Source of the DNA: Chloroflexota bacterium
GTDB lineage: Bacteria; Chloroflexota; UBA11872; VXNJ01
Length of the DNA: 64,000 bases
NCBI GenBank assembly: GCA_965261345.1
Contig: OZ253449.1
Coordinates: 1,696,001-1,760,000, forward strand
Direction of reading: 5' to 3'
Shown one piece after another: positions 18,775 through 28,800 of the stretch. The translations under genes were made by a program, and so were the position numbers. The notes below the pieces were generated by a model, which saw only the letters and a program-made list of their open reading frames with translations, was not told the DNA's origin and ran no database searches. Position 1 is the stretch's first letter. The number at the start of each line of letters is the position of its first letter.

Positions 18775-19692
18775 ATGGCACCAATTGTTCAGGTCGAGGA
18801 TCTGCGCAAGCATTACGGTGACATAAAAGCAGTCGACGGCGTCTCGTTTGAGGTTGCCGCCGGTGAGGTTTTCGGAATGCTCGGGCCCAACGGGGCCGGC
18901 AAGAGCACGACCGTGGAAATCCTGGAGGGACTGCGCGAACGCGATTCCGGTTCGGTCTCGGTAATGGGCATGGACCCGTCAACTGAAAAGTCGGCGCTTA
19001 GTCAGCAGATTGGTATTCAGCTGCAGTCCTCGGCGCTTTTCCCCAAGCTCTCGGCCCGCGAACATCTGAAGATGTTCGGGTCGCTATACAAGCGGTCGCG
19101 CGATGTTGACGAGCTGCTCGAATTGGTCGGCCTAACCGAGCGCCAGAAGGCCTACAGCGAGAACCTCTCGGGCGGCCAGCAACAGCGGTTGGCGGTGGCG
19201 CTGGCTCTGCTGTCGGACCCCAAGCTGGTGTTTCTAGATGAACCCACCACCGGTCTTGACCCGCAGGCCCGGCGGCGTCTCTGGGACGTCGTGGTGGAGA
19301 TGAAATCGCGCGGCACGACCGTGATCCTTACCTCCCACTACATGGATGAGGCCGAAATCCTAGCCGATCGGCTGGTGATCGTCGACAACGGCAAAATCAT
19401 TGCCTCCGACTCCCCGGAAGGCCTGATCCGCGCCAATTTCGCCGGCGCGACGCTCACTTTTACCACCTCGCCCCACCTGGATGATTCCGACCTCGGGCAA
19501 TTGCCCTCGGTTGACGAGGTGATCGCGCTCAACGGTGAATATGAGTTGGCGGTGGCCGATGCGTCGACGGCGATCCCGGAGCTGTTTGCCCTGGCCGGGC
19601 AGAAGGGCGTCGTGCTAGATGACCTTCAAGTTCGCCGACCCAATCTCGAGGACGTGTTCCTAAAACTGACCGGCCGAAGGATCCGCGATTGA
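18775..19692 (+). CDS. ABC exporter ATP-binding protein
   Basis: GPNGAGKS, LSGGQ, LDEPTTGLD, SHYMDEA and LEDVF motifs. Confidence 0.93.
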   Translation: MAPIVQVEDLRKHYGDIKAVDGVSFEVAAGEVFGMLGPNGAGKSTTVEILEGLRERDSGSVSVMGMDPSTEKSALSQQIGIQLQSSALFPKLSAREHLKMFGSLYKRSRDVDELLELVGLTERQKAYSENLSGGQQQRLAVALALLSDPKLVFLDEPTTGLDPQARRRLWDVVVEMKSRGTTVILTSHYMDEAEILADRLVIVDNGKIIASDSPEGLIRANFAGATLTFTTSPHLDDSDLGQLPSVDEVIALNGEYELAVADASTAIPELFALAGQKGVVLDDLQVRRPNLEDVFLKLTGRRIRD

Positions 19693-20777
19693 ATTTCGCC
19701 GGAATGGGCGGCCTGCTCTGGGGCGTCTCGCTGGAATTCTTGCGCGACCGCACGGCCTTGTTTTTCACGTTCATATTTCCGCCAATATTTACGGTCGTGA
19801 TCGCATTTATCATCGGGGCCTTTTCGGGACCGACCGAATACGATATCGGGCTGGTACTAGCCGACGACTCACCCGCTGCGCAGGCGATCTCGGGAGCGCT
19901 CGAGGGCTACGAGGCCTTCAATCTCACCCGGGGCGACTTTGAGTCGGAACGGCAGGCGCTCGAGGACGGGGACCGCAGCGCGGTACTGGTAATTCCTAGA
20001 GGCTACGGTCAGGCTCTGGCCGAATCGCAATCGGCCCAGGTAGAAGTTATCTACGACAACCTCGATCAGAACGCCGCGCTGTTTGTCATCCCGACCCTGA
20101 CCGCGATCGTCGACGGTGTCGATCGGGCCATGACCGGCGCGCTGCCGCGTGTGACGGTCGCAACCACCGGGGTCTCTTTGCGGGATCTGGACACGATCGA
20201 CTTCGTCGGCCCGGGCATCCTGGCTTTTTCGATCATGCAGCTGGGAGTGTTCTCGGCCATCACCCTGGTTGCCCGCCGCGAAAAAAAGGTCCTAAAGCGG
20301 GTGGGCGCAACCCCGGCCACAAGGTCCATGGTGCTCCTGGCCAACATCGGCATGCGGGTGGTCATCGCCTTGATCCAGTCGGCGTTGCAGATTGCGATCC
20401 TGGTGTTCGGCTTCGGCCTGGACTTCTTCAATCCATTGGCGGTCATCGGCGTGCTATTGCTGGGGACGTTGGTGTTTGTGGGCCTGGGCTTTACCGCCTC
20501 CTCGTTTGCCCGCACCGAAGAAGCGATGCTCCCGATCGTGCAGTTGATTTCACTTCCGATGTTTGTTCTGGCCGGGGTTTTCTTTCCCCTCGACATCTTT
20601 CCCGAGGTCCTCCAGTGGGTGGCCCACGCCCTTCCGCTGACCTACCTGGCGGACGCGGTTCGCCAGCTAATGATCGATACTGGCGGGCGTTTCCCGCTGT
20701 GGATGGACTTGACCGTGATGGTCGCCTGGGTCGTCGTCGGCTTCACCATTGCGGTCTGGCGATTCCGCTGGGAGTAA
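19689..20777 (+). CDS. ABC-2 type exporter permease (paralog 2)
   Basis: Same length as 17529-18617 with long identical stretches; TTGA overlap with the ATPase stop. Confidence 0.88.
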   Translation: MNFAGMGGLLWGVSLEFLRDRTALFFTFIFPPIFTVVIAFIIGAFSGPTEYDIGLVLADDSPAAQAISGALEGYEAFNLTRGDFESERQALEDGDRSAVLVIPRGYGQALAESQSAQVEVIYDNLDQNAALFVIPTLTAIVDGVDRAMTGALPRVTVATTGVSLRDLDTIDFVGPGILAFSIMQLGVFSAITLVARREKKVLKRVGATPATRSMVLLANIGMRVVIALIQSALQIAILVFGFGLDFFNPLAVIGVLLLGTLVFVGLGFTASSFARTEEAMLPIVQLISLPMFVLAGVFFPLDIFPEVLQWVAHALPLTYLADAVRQLMIDTGGRFPLWMDLTVMVAWVVVGFTIAVWRFRWE

Positions 20778-20899
20778 GCACCGTTTCGGGCAGCCCCAGT
20801 CGTCCCGGCGCGCGTGGCTTCCTTAGTGCTGATGTGCCCAAGTACGGATTGCCACCGGCTCGCCGGTTGGTCGGCGTGGTAAACGGGCCTGGCTAACCA

Positions 20900-22459
20900 A
20901 TGACTGCCCCGCCACGACTAAAACGCAGTTTTTCCGACCGCTGGCTCATGCTCTTGGTCTTTTGCGGCGGAATGTCGACCCTGGGGATCGAGCTGACCGC
21001 CTCACGCTTGCTGGCGCCGTTTTTTGGGAACAGCCTTTTCATCTGGGCGAATGTAATCGGATTGACCCTGCTCTATCTTTCGGCTGGGTATTTCCTGGGT
21101 GGCCGCCTGGCCGACCGGCGTCCCGACGATCGACTGCTGATCAAAATCGTGGCGGTGGCGGCGGTCTTTGTCGCGATCGTGCCGTTTATTGCCCGGCCGA
21201 TCCTGAGTCTTTCGGCTGCCGGACTGGCCGGTCTTTCGGCTGGAGTCTTCCTGGGATCGCTATTTGGGGTGCTGGTGTTGTTGGCGGTACCAATCACCCT
21301 GCTCGGATTCGTTTCGCCCTTTGCCATTCGCTTGGCGTCGCGGAGGGTTGAATCGGCCGGGCAAGTCGCCGGCCGGGTGTACGCCATCGGAACCGTCGGA
21401 TCGATCATCGGGGCCTTCCTGCCGGTACTGCTGCTGGTCCCCAACATCGGTACCCGCAATACATTTCTTTTCTTTGCCATCCTGCTCCTGGTGCTGGCGC
21501 TTTTATCGCTGCGATCATGGGCAGTTGCCGGGTTGCTGGCGTTGGCGATTGCACTGACCGTGTGGGGCAATCTTGACGTTGACCCGATCAAGCCGGCCGA
21601 AACCGGTGAGCTGCTATTTGAGGATGAATCACTCTTTAACTACATTCAGGTGGTCGAAGCTCCGGGCGGGCCGCGGCGGCTGGTGCTCAACAACGAAGAA
21701 CGGTTGGCCACCCATTCGGTCTACTGGCCCGACCGGACTCCGCAACCGCTCTCGGGTGGACCCTGGGATTACTTTCTGCTGGCACCCTATTTCCGAAGCG
21801 CCAACGCCGGGCAGGTCGAGGAGGTCTTGGTGGTGGGACTTGGGGCCGGAACCGCCCCCAAGCTCTACGTCGAGAACTTTGACGCGGAGCTGGCAATCGA
21901 CGGGGTCGAGATCGATCCGGGAGTAATCGCCGCCGGCGAGGAATTTTTCGCAATGAACGAAAGTGCGCTCAACGCGGTGGCCGAGGATGGACGTGTTTTT
22001 CTAAATCAATCAGACCGCATCTACGACGTGGTAATGCTGGACGCCTATCGTCCGCCCTATATTCCCTTCCATCTGACCACGCGTGAGTTCTATCAGGAAA
22101 TATCCGAAAAACTCGCCGACGATGGCGTGGTCGTGTCCAACGTTGGGCGCGGGCCGGGCCGCGATACCGAACTGCTCGACCTGATGGCCAGGACCCTGCG
22201 CTCGGTCTTTCCGACCGTGATCGCAACCTTGCCTTCGACGACTTCGAATGCGATTGTCTACGCGCTAAAACAACCGATCCCGATCGAGGCGATCAGGGCC
22301 AATCTGGCGGCGGCAAGCAATCCGTTGATCGTAGAGATTGCCGGCCGCGAGAGCCATTGGTATTTGGTCGAGAGTGTCGAGGGCGCCTTCACCGACGACC
22401 TGGCTCCGGTCGAGCAGGTCGTCAACCAGCTAATAATCGATTACGCAACCGGCAGCTAG
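20900..22459 (+). CDS. Fused membrane (MFS-like)/spermidine synthase-like SAM-dependent protein
   Basis: N-terminal TMs (RLLAPFFGNS, YAIGTVGSIIG) plus VVGLGAG, VEIDP, EDGR, DAY and FTDD motifs. Confidence 0.88.
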   Translation: MTAPPRLKRSFSDRWLMLLVFCGGMSTLGIELTASRLLAPFFGNSLFIWANVIGLTLLYLSAGYFLGGRLADRRPDDRLLIKIVAVAAVFVAIVPFIARPILSLSAAGLAGLSAGVFLGSLFGVLVLLAVPITLLGFVSPFAIRLASRRVESAGQVAGRVYAIGTVGSIIGAFLPVLLLVPNIGTRNTFLFFAILLLVLALLSLRSWAVAGLLALAIALTVWGNLDVDPIKPAETGELLFEDESLFNYIQVVEAPGGPRRLVLNNEERLATHSVYWPDRTPQPLSGGPWDYFLLAPYFRSANAGQVEEVLVVGLGAGTAPKLYVENFDAELAIDGVEIDPGVIAAGEEFFAMNESALNAVAEDGRVFLNQSDRIYDVVMLDAYRPPYIPFHLTTREFYQEISEKLADDGVVVSNVGRGPGRDTELLDLMARTLRSVFPTVIATLPSTTSNAIVYALKQPIPIEAIRANLAAASNPLIVEIAGRESHWYLVESVEGAFTDDLAPVEQVVNQLIIDYATGS

Positions 22460-22500
22460 CCGCGGTTAAACCGGTCTGCGGCCAGATCGCGGGCGCCCGC

Positions 22501-24099
22501 TTAAAGGCCGATCGCGATTCCGTGCCAACGTGGATCGCTGGCTCCGCCCAATGTTCCGGTGGCGGGGTCACGGCCGATCGCCAGCCCGCGAGATCCGGCC
22601 CCGAAGAGGCCTGCCGAAGTGGCCGCGTGACCCAGCTGGGCCAATTGCGGTGCCAGCGGCCGGCCGAAACGTTCCTCAACAAAAACTTGCCCGGAGATCT
22701 CGTCGTGCCCAAATCGCGGGGCCTCCAGGCTCGTTTGCAGCGACATCCCGTAGCGCAGATGGTTCTCAATCAACTGGGCGTTGGTCTGAACCTGGTAGTG
22801 CCCGCCGGCGGTTGATCCGAACGCGATCGGCGCATCCTCGTCGGTGACCATCCAGGTCATTAGGGTATGAGCCGGACGAGCGCCGCCGCGCAGGTGGTTG
22901 GGGCTGGTGCGATCCAGTGAGAACCCGGTCATGCGGTTGTTCATTAGCACCCCGGTGCCCGGGATCATCTCGCGGCAGCCAAACGCCGCAAAGATGCTCT
23001 GGATGTAGGCAACGCAGTTGCCGTCACGGTCGGCCGCCGCCAGGCAGGTCGTGTCGGTGCCGCTGGGGGAGCCCGGCGGGCCCTGCTGCCAGGCGCGCCC
23101 GCGATCGATCGCCGCCGCCGCCGCCCGCAGCCGGTCCGGGCGCAGGAATTCGGTTGGCTCCAGGCCGCGATGGTCAGGATCGCCCAGGAACTTATGACGC
23201 AGCGCAAATGCTCGTTTCTTGGCTTCGATGGCCAGGTGAATCCGCGCCGGATCGGCAAAATCGAGCTCTCCGGCGCCGGCGTATTCGGCGATCTTGAGCG
23301 CCGCCAGGGTCACATAGCCCTGACTAACCGGTGGCTGCGCCAGCACCCGACGACCCAGATAGTCGACCTGCAACGGGATGTGGCGCTCGCACGCGATCTG
23401 GTCCAGATCGCTGGCCCGATGCGGCCGCCCACTGCTTCTTGCGTGGCGATCCAAGGCTGCCGCGAATGAACCGGAATAGAGTCCGGTCGAGTCACCGGCG
23501 GCGGCGATTTCTTCCAGGGTGCGGGCCAGGTCCGCCTGCCGGAGAATCTGCCCGTTCCCGATCGGCCCTCCGCCCGGCAGAAACACCTCGGCGCTGGCTT
23601 CAAATCGCGCCAGTTCGGCGCGCTGCTCGCGGGCGTGCGTGGCCAGGAAACTCGATGCCGGGACACCCTCGCGGGCATAGTCGATCGCCGGCTGGAGCAG
23701 CGAACGCCAGGACAATCGGCAGTACTGACGATGCAGGCTCTCCCAGGCCTTCACCGCCCCGGGAAGGGTCGCCGCGGCCAACCCGTTGGGATCGATCCGG
23801 GCGCCAAAATCCTCGGGCCGGGCCGCCAACGGCGCCGGTCCCGACGCGTTCAGGGCGAATGGTTTGTGATCGCGCGGAACAACAATCGCGAACGAATCGC
23901 CGCCGATCGAGTTCATCGCCGGTTCGACCACCGCGATCGCCGCGGCCATGGCCACCACCGCGTCGAAGGCGTTGCCACCGCCGGCCAGGATCCGCAGGCC
24001 GGTGGCCGCCGCCAGCGGATGGCCGGCGGCCACCATCCCGGCAGCCGATACCGCGTCCCCCCGCGATGAGCAGTCGAATGCGGGTGTTGATATATTCAT
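22501..24099 (-). CDS. ggt: Gamma-glutamyltransferase family Ntn-hydrolase
   Basis: GGNAFDA, VVEP..IGGD, PGAV, nucleophile region DTTCLAAAD, NNRMTGF and DPR motifs. Confidence 0.9.
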   Translation of the reverse strand: MNISTPAFDCSSRGDAVSAAGMVAAGHPLAAATGLRILAGGGNAFDAVVAMAAAIAVVEPAMNSIGGDSFAIVVPRDHKPFALNASGPAPLAARPEDFGARIDPNGLAAATLPGAVKAWESLHRQYCRLSWRSLLQPAIDYAREGVPASSFLATHAREQRAELARFEASAEVFLPGGGPIGNGQILRQADLARTLEEIAAAGDSTGLYSGSFAAALDRHARSSGRPHRASDLDQIACERHIPLQVDYLGRRVLAQPPVSQGYVTLAALKIAEYAGAGELDFADPARIHLAIEAKKRAFALRHKFLGDPDHRGLEPTEFLRPDRLRAAAAAIDRGRAWQQGPPGSPSGTDTTCLAAADRDGNCVAYIQSIFAAFGCREMIPGTGVLMNNRMTGFSLDRTSPNHLRGGARPAHTLMTWMVTDEDAPIAFGSTAGGHYQVQTNAQLIENHLRYGMSLQTSLEAPRFGHDEISGQVFVEERFGRPLAPQLAQLGHAATSAGLFGAGSRGLAIGRDPATGTLGGASDPRWHGIAIGL

Positions 24100-24139
24100 G
24101 GACGAATTATTGCCCTGCAAAAAATCTGGCGGTGCAGGT

Positions 24140-25033
24140 TTGCTCGAACGCTTAGGCGCCCTGCCCGGTCCGCCCTACCCGCTGGTTTTAGATACCGACC
24201 TGGGTGATGATGTCGATGACGTATTCGCCATTGCGCTGGCGGCTAAATCGCCCGCAATCGATTTGCAGGCGGTCATTACCGCCCACGGTGATACGGCCTG
24301 GCGGGCACGCCTGGCGCGGCGGGTGCTCGACGAATGCGGTCGCGCCGATGTCCCTGTCTATGCCGGAGCGCGACCAAATTGTTCCAGACTCCATTTAGCC
24401 ACCTCGCAGGAATCGGCGCACGGTTACGCTCCCGCGGTTGCCCGAATAGAGAGCGGCGACGGGGAATCCGTGCTAAGCGAAATTACCGCCCGCCAGCCGG
24501 GCCGGATCACGGTGTGCGCGGTGGGGCCGTTGACCAATCTGGCGCACGCGCTCGCCGACGACCCGGGATTTGCTCAAAATGCCGCCGCCATGTTGGTCAT
24601 GGGTGGCCAGTTCCCGGCCGAACCCAAAGGGGAATACAACTTCAACTGCGATCCGGAAGCGGCCCGTACAGTGCTCGAATCGGGGGCCGACATATTCCTG
24701 GGATTGGTTGGCCCGACCGCTACGGCGCGGATCGGTACGGTCGAACGCGACGCGCTGTTGGCCGCCGGGTCGCCGCTTGGCAAGAGTCTGGCCGGGATGC
24801 TCGACCTCTATCTAAATAGCCGCGGCCGCACGCTTACGCCGATGTATGACGGTGCCACCCTGGGGGCCTTGATCTGGCCCGAGTTGTACGACTGGCAGCG
24901 GTCGGCCATCGCAGCGGATGTTAGCGGCGGCCGGATTCAGCTTGAAGCGGGGGCTTTGCCGCTGCAGCTGCTTTGCGGTCTCCGGGCGCCGGAGTTTTGC
25001 GAGCGCATGATGGCAACGATACTCTCAAATTGA
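24140..25033 (+). CDS. Inosine/uridine-preferring nucleoside hydrolase family protein
   Basis: DTDLGDDVDD, VGPLTNLA, MGG and EYNFNCDPEAA motifs; start either TTG 24140 or ATG 24098. Confidence 0.88.
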   Translation: MLERLGALPGPPYPLVLDTDLGDDVDDVFAIALAAKSPAIDLQAVITAHGDTAWRARLARRVLDECGRADVPVYAGARPNCSRLHLATSQESAHGYAPAVARIESGDGESVLSEITARQPGRITVCAVGPLTNLAHALADDPGFAQNAAAMLVMGGQFPAEPKGEYNFNCDPEAARTVLESGADIFLGLVGPTATARIGTVERDALLAAGSPLGKSLAGMLDLYLNSRGRTLTPMYDGATLGALIWPELYDWQRSAIAADVSGGRIQLEAGALPLQLLCGLRAPEFCERMMATILSN

Positions 25034-25091
25034 CCGGAATCTGGAGTCAGCCGACCCGATCTTCTATACGGTCAGACCATAGGACCGCTTG

Positions 25092-25997
25092 ATGAACGAA
25101 TCCGCCCCGGCGATTGAGATCGCCTCGCTGACTAAGTACTACGGGTCGGTTAAGGCGCTTGATTCAATCAACCTGGACGTTGCGCGCGGCGAAATCTTTG
25201 GATTTTTGGGGCCGAACGGGGCCGGAAAGTCCACGGCGATCCGGGTGCTGTTGGACCTGATTCGGCCGTCTGCCGGATCGGCGCGGGTCTTTGGCTACGA
25301 TTCGCGCGCCAACTCGATCCAGATCCGGGCGCTGACCGGGTACGTTCCCGGCGAGGTGAGCCTTTACGAACAGCTGACCGGCACCGGCATGCTCTCCCTA
25401 CTCGAGTCGCTTTCGGGATCCAATGCCAGCTGCCGGGGTGAGCTGCTAGATCGCCTTGAGTTAGATCCCCGGACCAGGATCGCCAAGTTTTCGCGCGGCA
25501 TGAAACAGAAACTGGCCCTGATCGGGGCGCTGCAGACCGACCCTCCGCTTTTGGTGCTCGATGAACCGTCAACCGGTCTAGATCCGCTTATCCAGCAGGC
25601 CCTGCACGATTACCTCGGCGAGGCCGCCGCCCGCGGGGTCACGATATTTTTCTCCTCACACGTTCTCTCCGAAGTGGAAGAACTCTGCGATCGGGTGGCC
25701 TTCATTCGCGAAGGCCAAATCGTGACAACCGACCGGGTTGCGGAATTACGGAAGCGCCTGGTCAAACCGGTAAGCGTACAGTTTGCTGATCCGGTTGGTC
25801 CCGACCAGTTTGCCGGCCTGCCCGGCGTTCAGGCCAGTTTGGTCGGTGACCGGCAGTTGAGCTTTGCAGTTACCACCGGGATGGATGGACTGATCAAGGC
25901 CCTGGCCGGCCACGCGGTGGTCGACCTGGTGTCGGTGCCACCATCGCTGGAAGATACTTTTTTGAACCTATATGAAGCCGATCGGACGGAGGGTTAA
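25092..25997 (+). CDS. ABC transporter ATP-binding protein
   Basis: GPNGAGKS, FSRGMKQK, LDEPSTGLD and SSHVLSEVE motifs. Confidence 0.92.
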   Translation: MNESAPAIEIASLTKYYGSVKALDSINLDVARGEIFGFLGPNGAGKSTAIRVLLDLIRPSAGSARVFGYDSRANSIQIRALTGYVPGEVSLYEQLTGTGMLSLLESLSGSNASCRGELLDRLELDPRTRIAKFSRGMKQKLALIGALQTDPPLLVLDEPSTGLDPLIQQALHDYLGEAAARGVTIFFSSHVLSEVEELCDRVAFIREGQIVTTDRVAELRKRLVKPVSVQFADPVGPDQFAGLPGVQASLVGDRQLSFAVTTGMDGLIKALAGHAVVDLVSVPPSLEDTFLNLYEADRTEG

Positions 25998-26000
25998 AGG

Positions 26001-26876
26001 GTGAGCAGTGCGCCAATGGTGATTCCCGTCGCCGGTCAACCGAAGGCGGCTCCCGGGTGGTCTGCCGCCCGCGGCATCCTCTTGTCCTCGATGCGATCCC
26101 GCCGCACCGGAACCTTCTGGTTTGCCCTGGCCGGCGGGCTGATCGCACTGGGAATCGGCCTGATCTACGAAACGATCATCGAGGCCATCGACTTGGCTTC
26201 CTACCTAAATGAATTTCCGCCGGAAATGCTCGCCGCGTTCGGGATGTCATCAAACATCCTGGGGTCCACGGAAATTTCCTATGCCGGGTTCATGTCGTTT
26301 GAGTTCTATCCCTGGTTCGGGCTCGCCCTGGTCGTGTACGCGCTGGTTGCTTCGGGTTCGCAAGTGGCCGGTGAGGTGGAGAGCGGGACCATGGACATGG
26401 TCATGTGCAATCCCGTACCGCGCTGGGTTTACGCGCTGGCCAAATACCTGGGGCTGCTGGTCCCGCTGTTGCTAATCGGACTCACCTGCGCGGTGTTTTC
26501 GGTAGTTGGCGGCCTGATCCAGGGTCTGGAACTCTCGGTCGCCCGGTTCCTCTATCTCGGAGTGATCATGGGCTTGCTCGGCGGTGCGGTTGCCAGCCTG
26601 GGAATCATGTTCTCGGTAATAACTCTCTCATCACAGCGCTCCCAACTGATCCTGGCGGTTATCGTGATCGCCCAGTACCTGATGGACATCGTCTCCAAGA
26701 TTTCAGCCGACTGGGAATTCCTGGGGCCCTATTCACTTTTCTACCACTACGACTCCGCCAACATCCTGGAGAGCTTCGGGTGGAGCTGGTCGCCGCTGGT
26801 GATCTTCGCCCTGGTTGCGATTGCCGGCCTGGTGGCTGCAATAGCGCTATTTGAACGGCGCGATCTGGCGGCCTAG
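26001..26876 (+). CDS. ABC-2 type permease
   Basis: About six TMs, GEVESGTMD motif and C-terminal FERRDL. Confidence 0.85.
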   Translation: MSSAPMVIPVAGQPKAAPGWSAARGILLSSMRSRRTGTFWFALAGGLIALGIGLIYETIIEAIDLASYLNEFPPEMLAAFGMSSNILGSTEISYAGFMSFEFYPWFGLALVVYALVASGSQVAGEVESGTMDMVMCNPVPRWVYALAKYLGLLVPLLLIGLTCAVFSVVGGLIQGLELSVARFLYLGVIMGLLGGAVASLGIMFSVITLSSQRSQLILAVIVIAQYLMDIVSKISADWEFLGPYSLFYHYDSANILESFGWSWSPLVIFALVAIAGLVAAIALFERRDLAA

Positions 26877-26894
26877 GTCCGGTCCGCCGGGGTC

Positions 26895-28010
26895 CTAGCG
26901 GGCCACGTGCATCGGCATGATCACCTGGCAGTAGCTTGCATCGCCTTCTGACCCAAACAGCCCGGGATTGGTCGATCCAGCCAACTTGATCTCGATCGCG
27001 TCGGAATCGACCAGGGCGACTATCTCGGTGAGGAATTTTGAGTTGAAGGCGATGGTGGAGCTTTCGCCCTCGATGCTGGCGGCGATGCGCTCCTCGTGGT
27101 TTCCTACGTCGGCCGAATTGGCCGAAATCAGCAGTGCTTCAGCCTCTTCGGTTTCCAGCTCGATTACCCGAGTGCCGGTTCGGGCAAATATCGCCGCCAG
27201 CCGGGTCGCCGTTTCCAGGGTGTTCCGGCCCACCACTACCCGGGTGGTATGTTCCTGCGGAATTAACGATTCGAAATTGGGGAATTGTTCCTCGATCAGG
27301 TTGGAGATCAGGCAGACGCTGCCAACTAGGAACTGAATGTGCGAGCGCTCCTCGGCAATCGCGATCGCAACCTCGCCCTGGTGGGCGCCGAGCACCCGTG
27401 ACAGCTCCTGCAGCGAGCCTTGCGGGACTACGACCTCGACCGCTTCGCTCACCCCGGTATCGCAGGCCAGCCGCTTGACCGCCAGGCGGTACCCGTCGGC
27501 GGCGGCAAGGACGAGTTCGTCGGGCCGGATGGCGATGCAGACTCCGGCCAGCACCGGGCGCGAATTGTCACCGCAGCAGCTCACCGTCAGGTCGATCATT
27601 CGTTTGAGCAAGGCCGGATCCACGGTCAGGATCGGCGCGTTGGCAACCGTTGGCAGCGGTGGAAAGTCGGCGGCGTCGATTCCCTTGAATGCGGACTCGG
27701 AACGTTCGGCGGTAATTTTCAGCTCCAACCGCTCGGCATCGGTGGCCAGGTCAACCGGGCCAGCCGGAAGCGAACTCACGTATTCGACCAACAGCCGCGC
27801 CGGCACGGTGATCGAACCCGGCGAGTCGACCTGGCAGGGGATCGATTGGGTTACCGCCATCTCGGTGTTGGTCCCAGACAGTTGCAGCGAACCCTCGGTG
27901 GCGGTCAGCAACACGTTGGCCAGCACCGGCAGCGCGGGTCGCCCGGCGACCGCGCGCGAGACCGTGCTCAGCGCCCCGGCTAGCAAGTCCTGCGCGCAAT
28001 TTATTTTCAA
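26895..28010 (-). CDS. dnaN: DNA polymerase III beta sliding clamp
   Basis: LPVLANVL, SRPVLAGV, AADGYRLA, FPNF, FNSKFL and VIMPM motifs. Confidence 0.96.
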   Translation of the reverse strand: MKINCAQDLLAGALSTVSRAVAGRPALPVLANVLLTATEGSLQLSGTNTEMAVTQSIPCQVDSPGSITVPARLLVEYVSSLPAGPVDLATDAERLELKITAERSESAFKGIDAADFPPLPTVANAPILTVDPALLKRMIDLTVSCCGDNSRPVLAGVCIAIRPDELVLAAADGYRLAVKRLACDTGVSEAVEVVVPQGSLQELSRVLGAHQGEVAIAIAEERSHIQFLVGSVCLISNLIEEQFPNFESLIPQEHTTRVVVGRNTLETATRLAAIFARTGTRVIELETEEAEALLISANSADVGNHEERIAASIEGESSTIAFNSKFLTEIVALVDSDAIEIKLAGSTNPGLFGSEGDASYCQVIMPMHVAR

Positions 28011-28149
28011 AACCTGCCCCTAATTACTTTTTTAGCGATTGCAATTATTACCTCGGGGCCAACCGGCAGCCGTGGCGGCGCTTTGCGCGCGCTGCAAAAA
28101 TCGCAAGCGCCCATACAATCTCATTCGCCCCTTAAAGCAGCACGGAATA

Positions 28150-28755
28150 ATGTCTAGAACCGCTTTAAGCTCCAACCCGCTATCAGCGTTGCGGATCCTG
28201 CTGGCCGAAGATGAAACCATCATTCGGCTCGATCTGCGCGAGCGATTAGAGAACTTCGGTCATCGGATAGTCGCCGATGTCGCCGATGGTCAGACCGCGG
28301 TCAATCTTGCCCGCGAGATGCGCCCTGATGTCGTGGTCATGGACATAAAAATGCCCTTTCTGGACGGGATCTCGGCCGCCGCCCAACTGACCCGCGACGC
28401 GGTGGCCCCGGTGGTGCTGGTGACCGCCTTCTCCGACCGTGAGTTGGTTGACCAGGCGATCGGAGCCGGGGTGATGGCCTACGTGCTAAAACCGATCCGC
28501 GATAGCGACCTGATGCCGGCGATCGGCGTCGCGGTATCCCGCTTCCGGGAGTATCGACTGCTCACCAAGGAAGTTGACGATCTAAACGAACGGTTGGAAA
28601 CGCGCAAGCTGATCGAGCGCGCCAAGGGGTTGCTGATGAGCAAACACTCAATCGCCGAGCAGGACGCCTTTCAGCGCATACAGCGGCTGAGCATGGACCG
28701 GCGCATCCCGATGAAACAGGTGGCCAAGGCGTTACTTTTGGCTGAAAACCTCTAG
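28150..28755 (+). CDS. ANTAR-domain response regulator (PdtaR/NasT-like)
   Basis: Receiver domain (AEDE, MDIKMP, KP) plus ANTAR signature RKLIERAKGLLM...SMDRR. Confidence 0.92.
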   Translation: MSRTALSSNPLSALRILLAEDETIIRLDLRERLENFGHRIVADVADGQTAVNLAREMRPDVVVMDIKMPFLDGISAAAQLTRDAVAPVVLVTAFSDRELVDQAIGAGVMAYVLKPIRDSDLMPAIGVAVSRFREYRLLTKEVDDLNERLETRKLIERAKGLLMSKHSIAEQDAFQRIQRLSMDRRIPMKQVAKALLLAENL

Positions 28756-28800
28756 CCCGCCGCCAACCGCGTTACCTTCGGTGCAGATCGGGTTGAGCGC

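Noticed and set aside
28011-28149. Replication origin next to dnaN
   Set aside because: No dnaA and no TTATCCACA boxes; the spacer is short.
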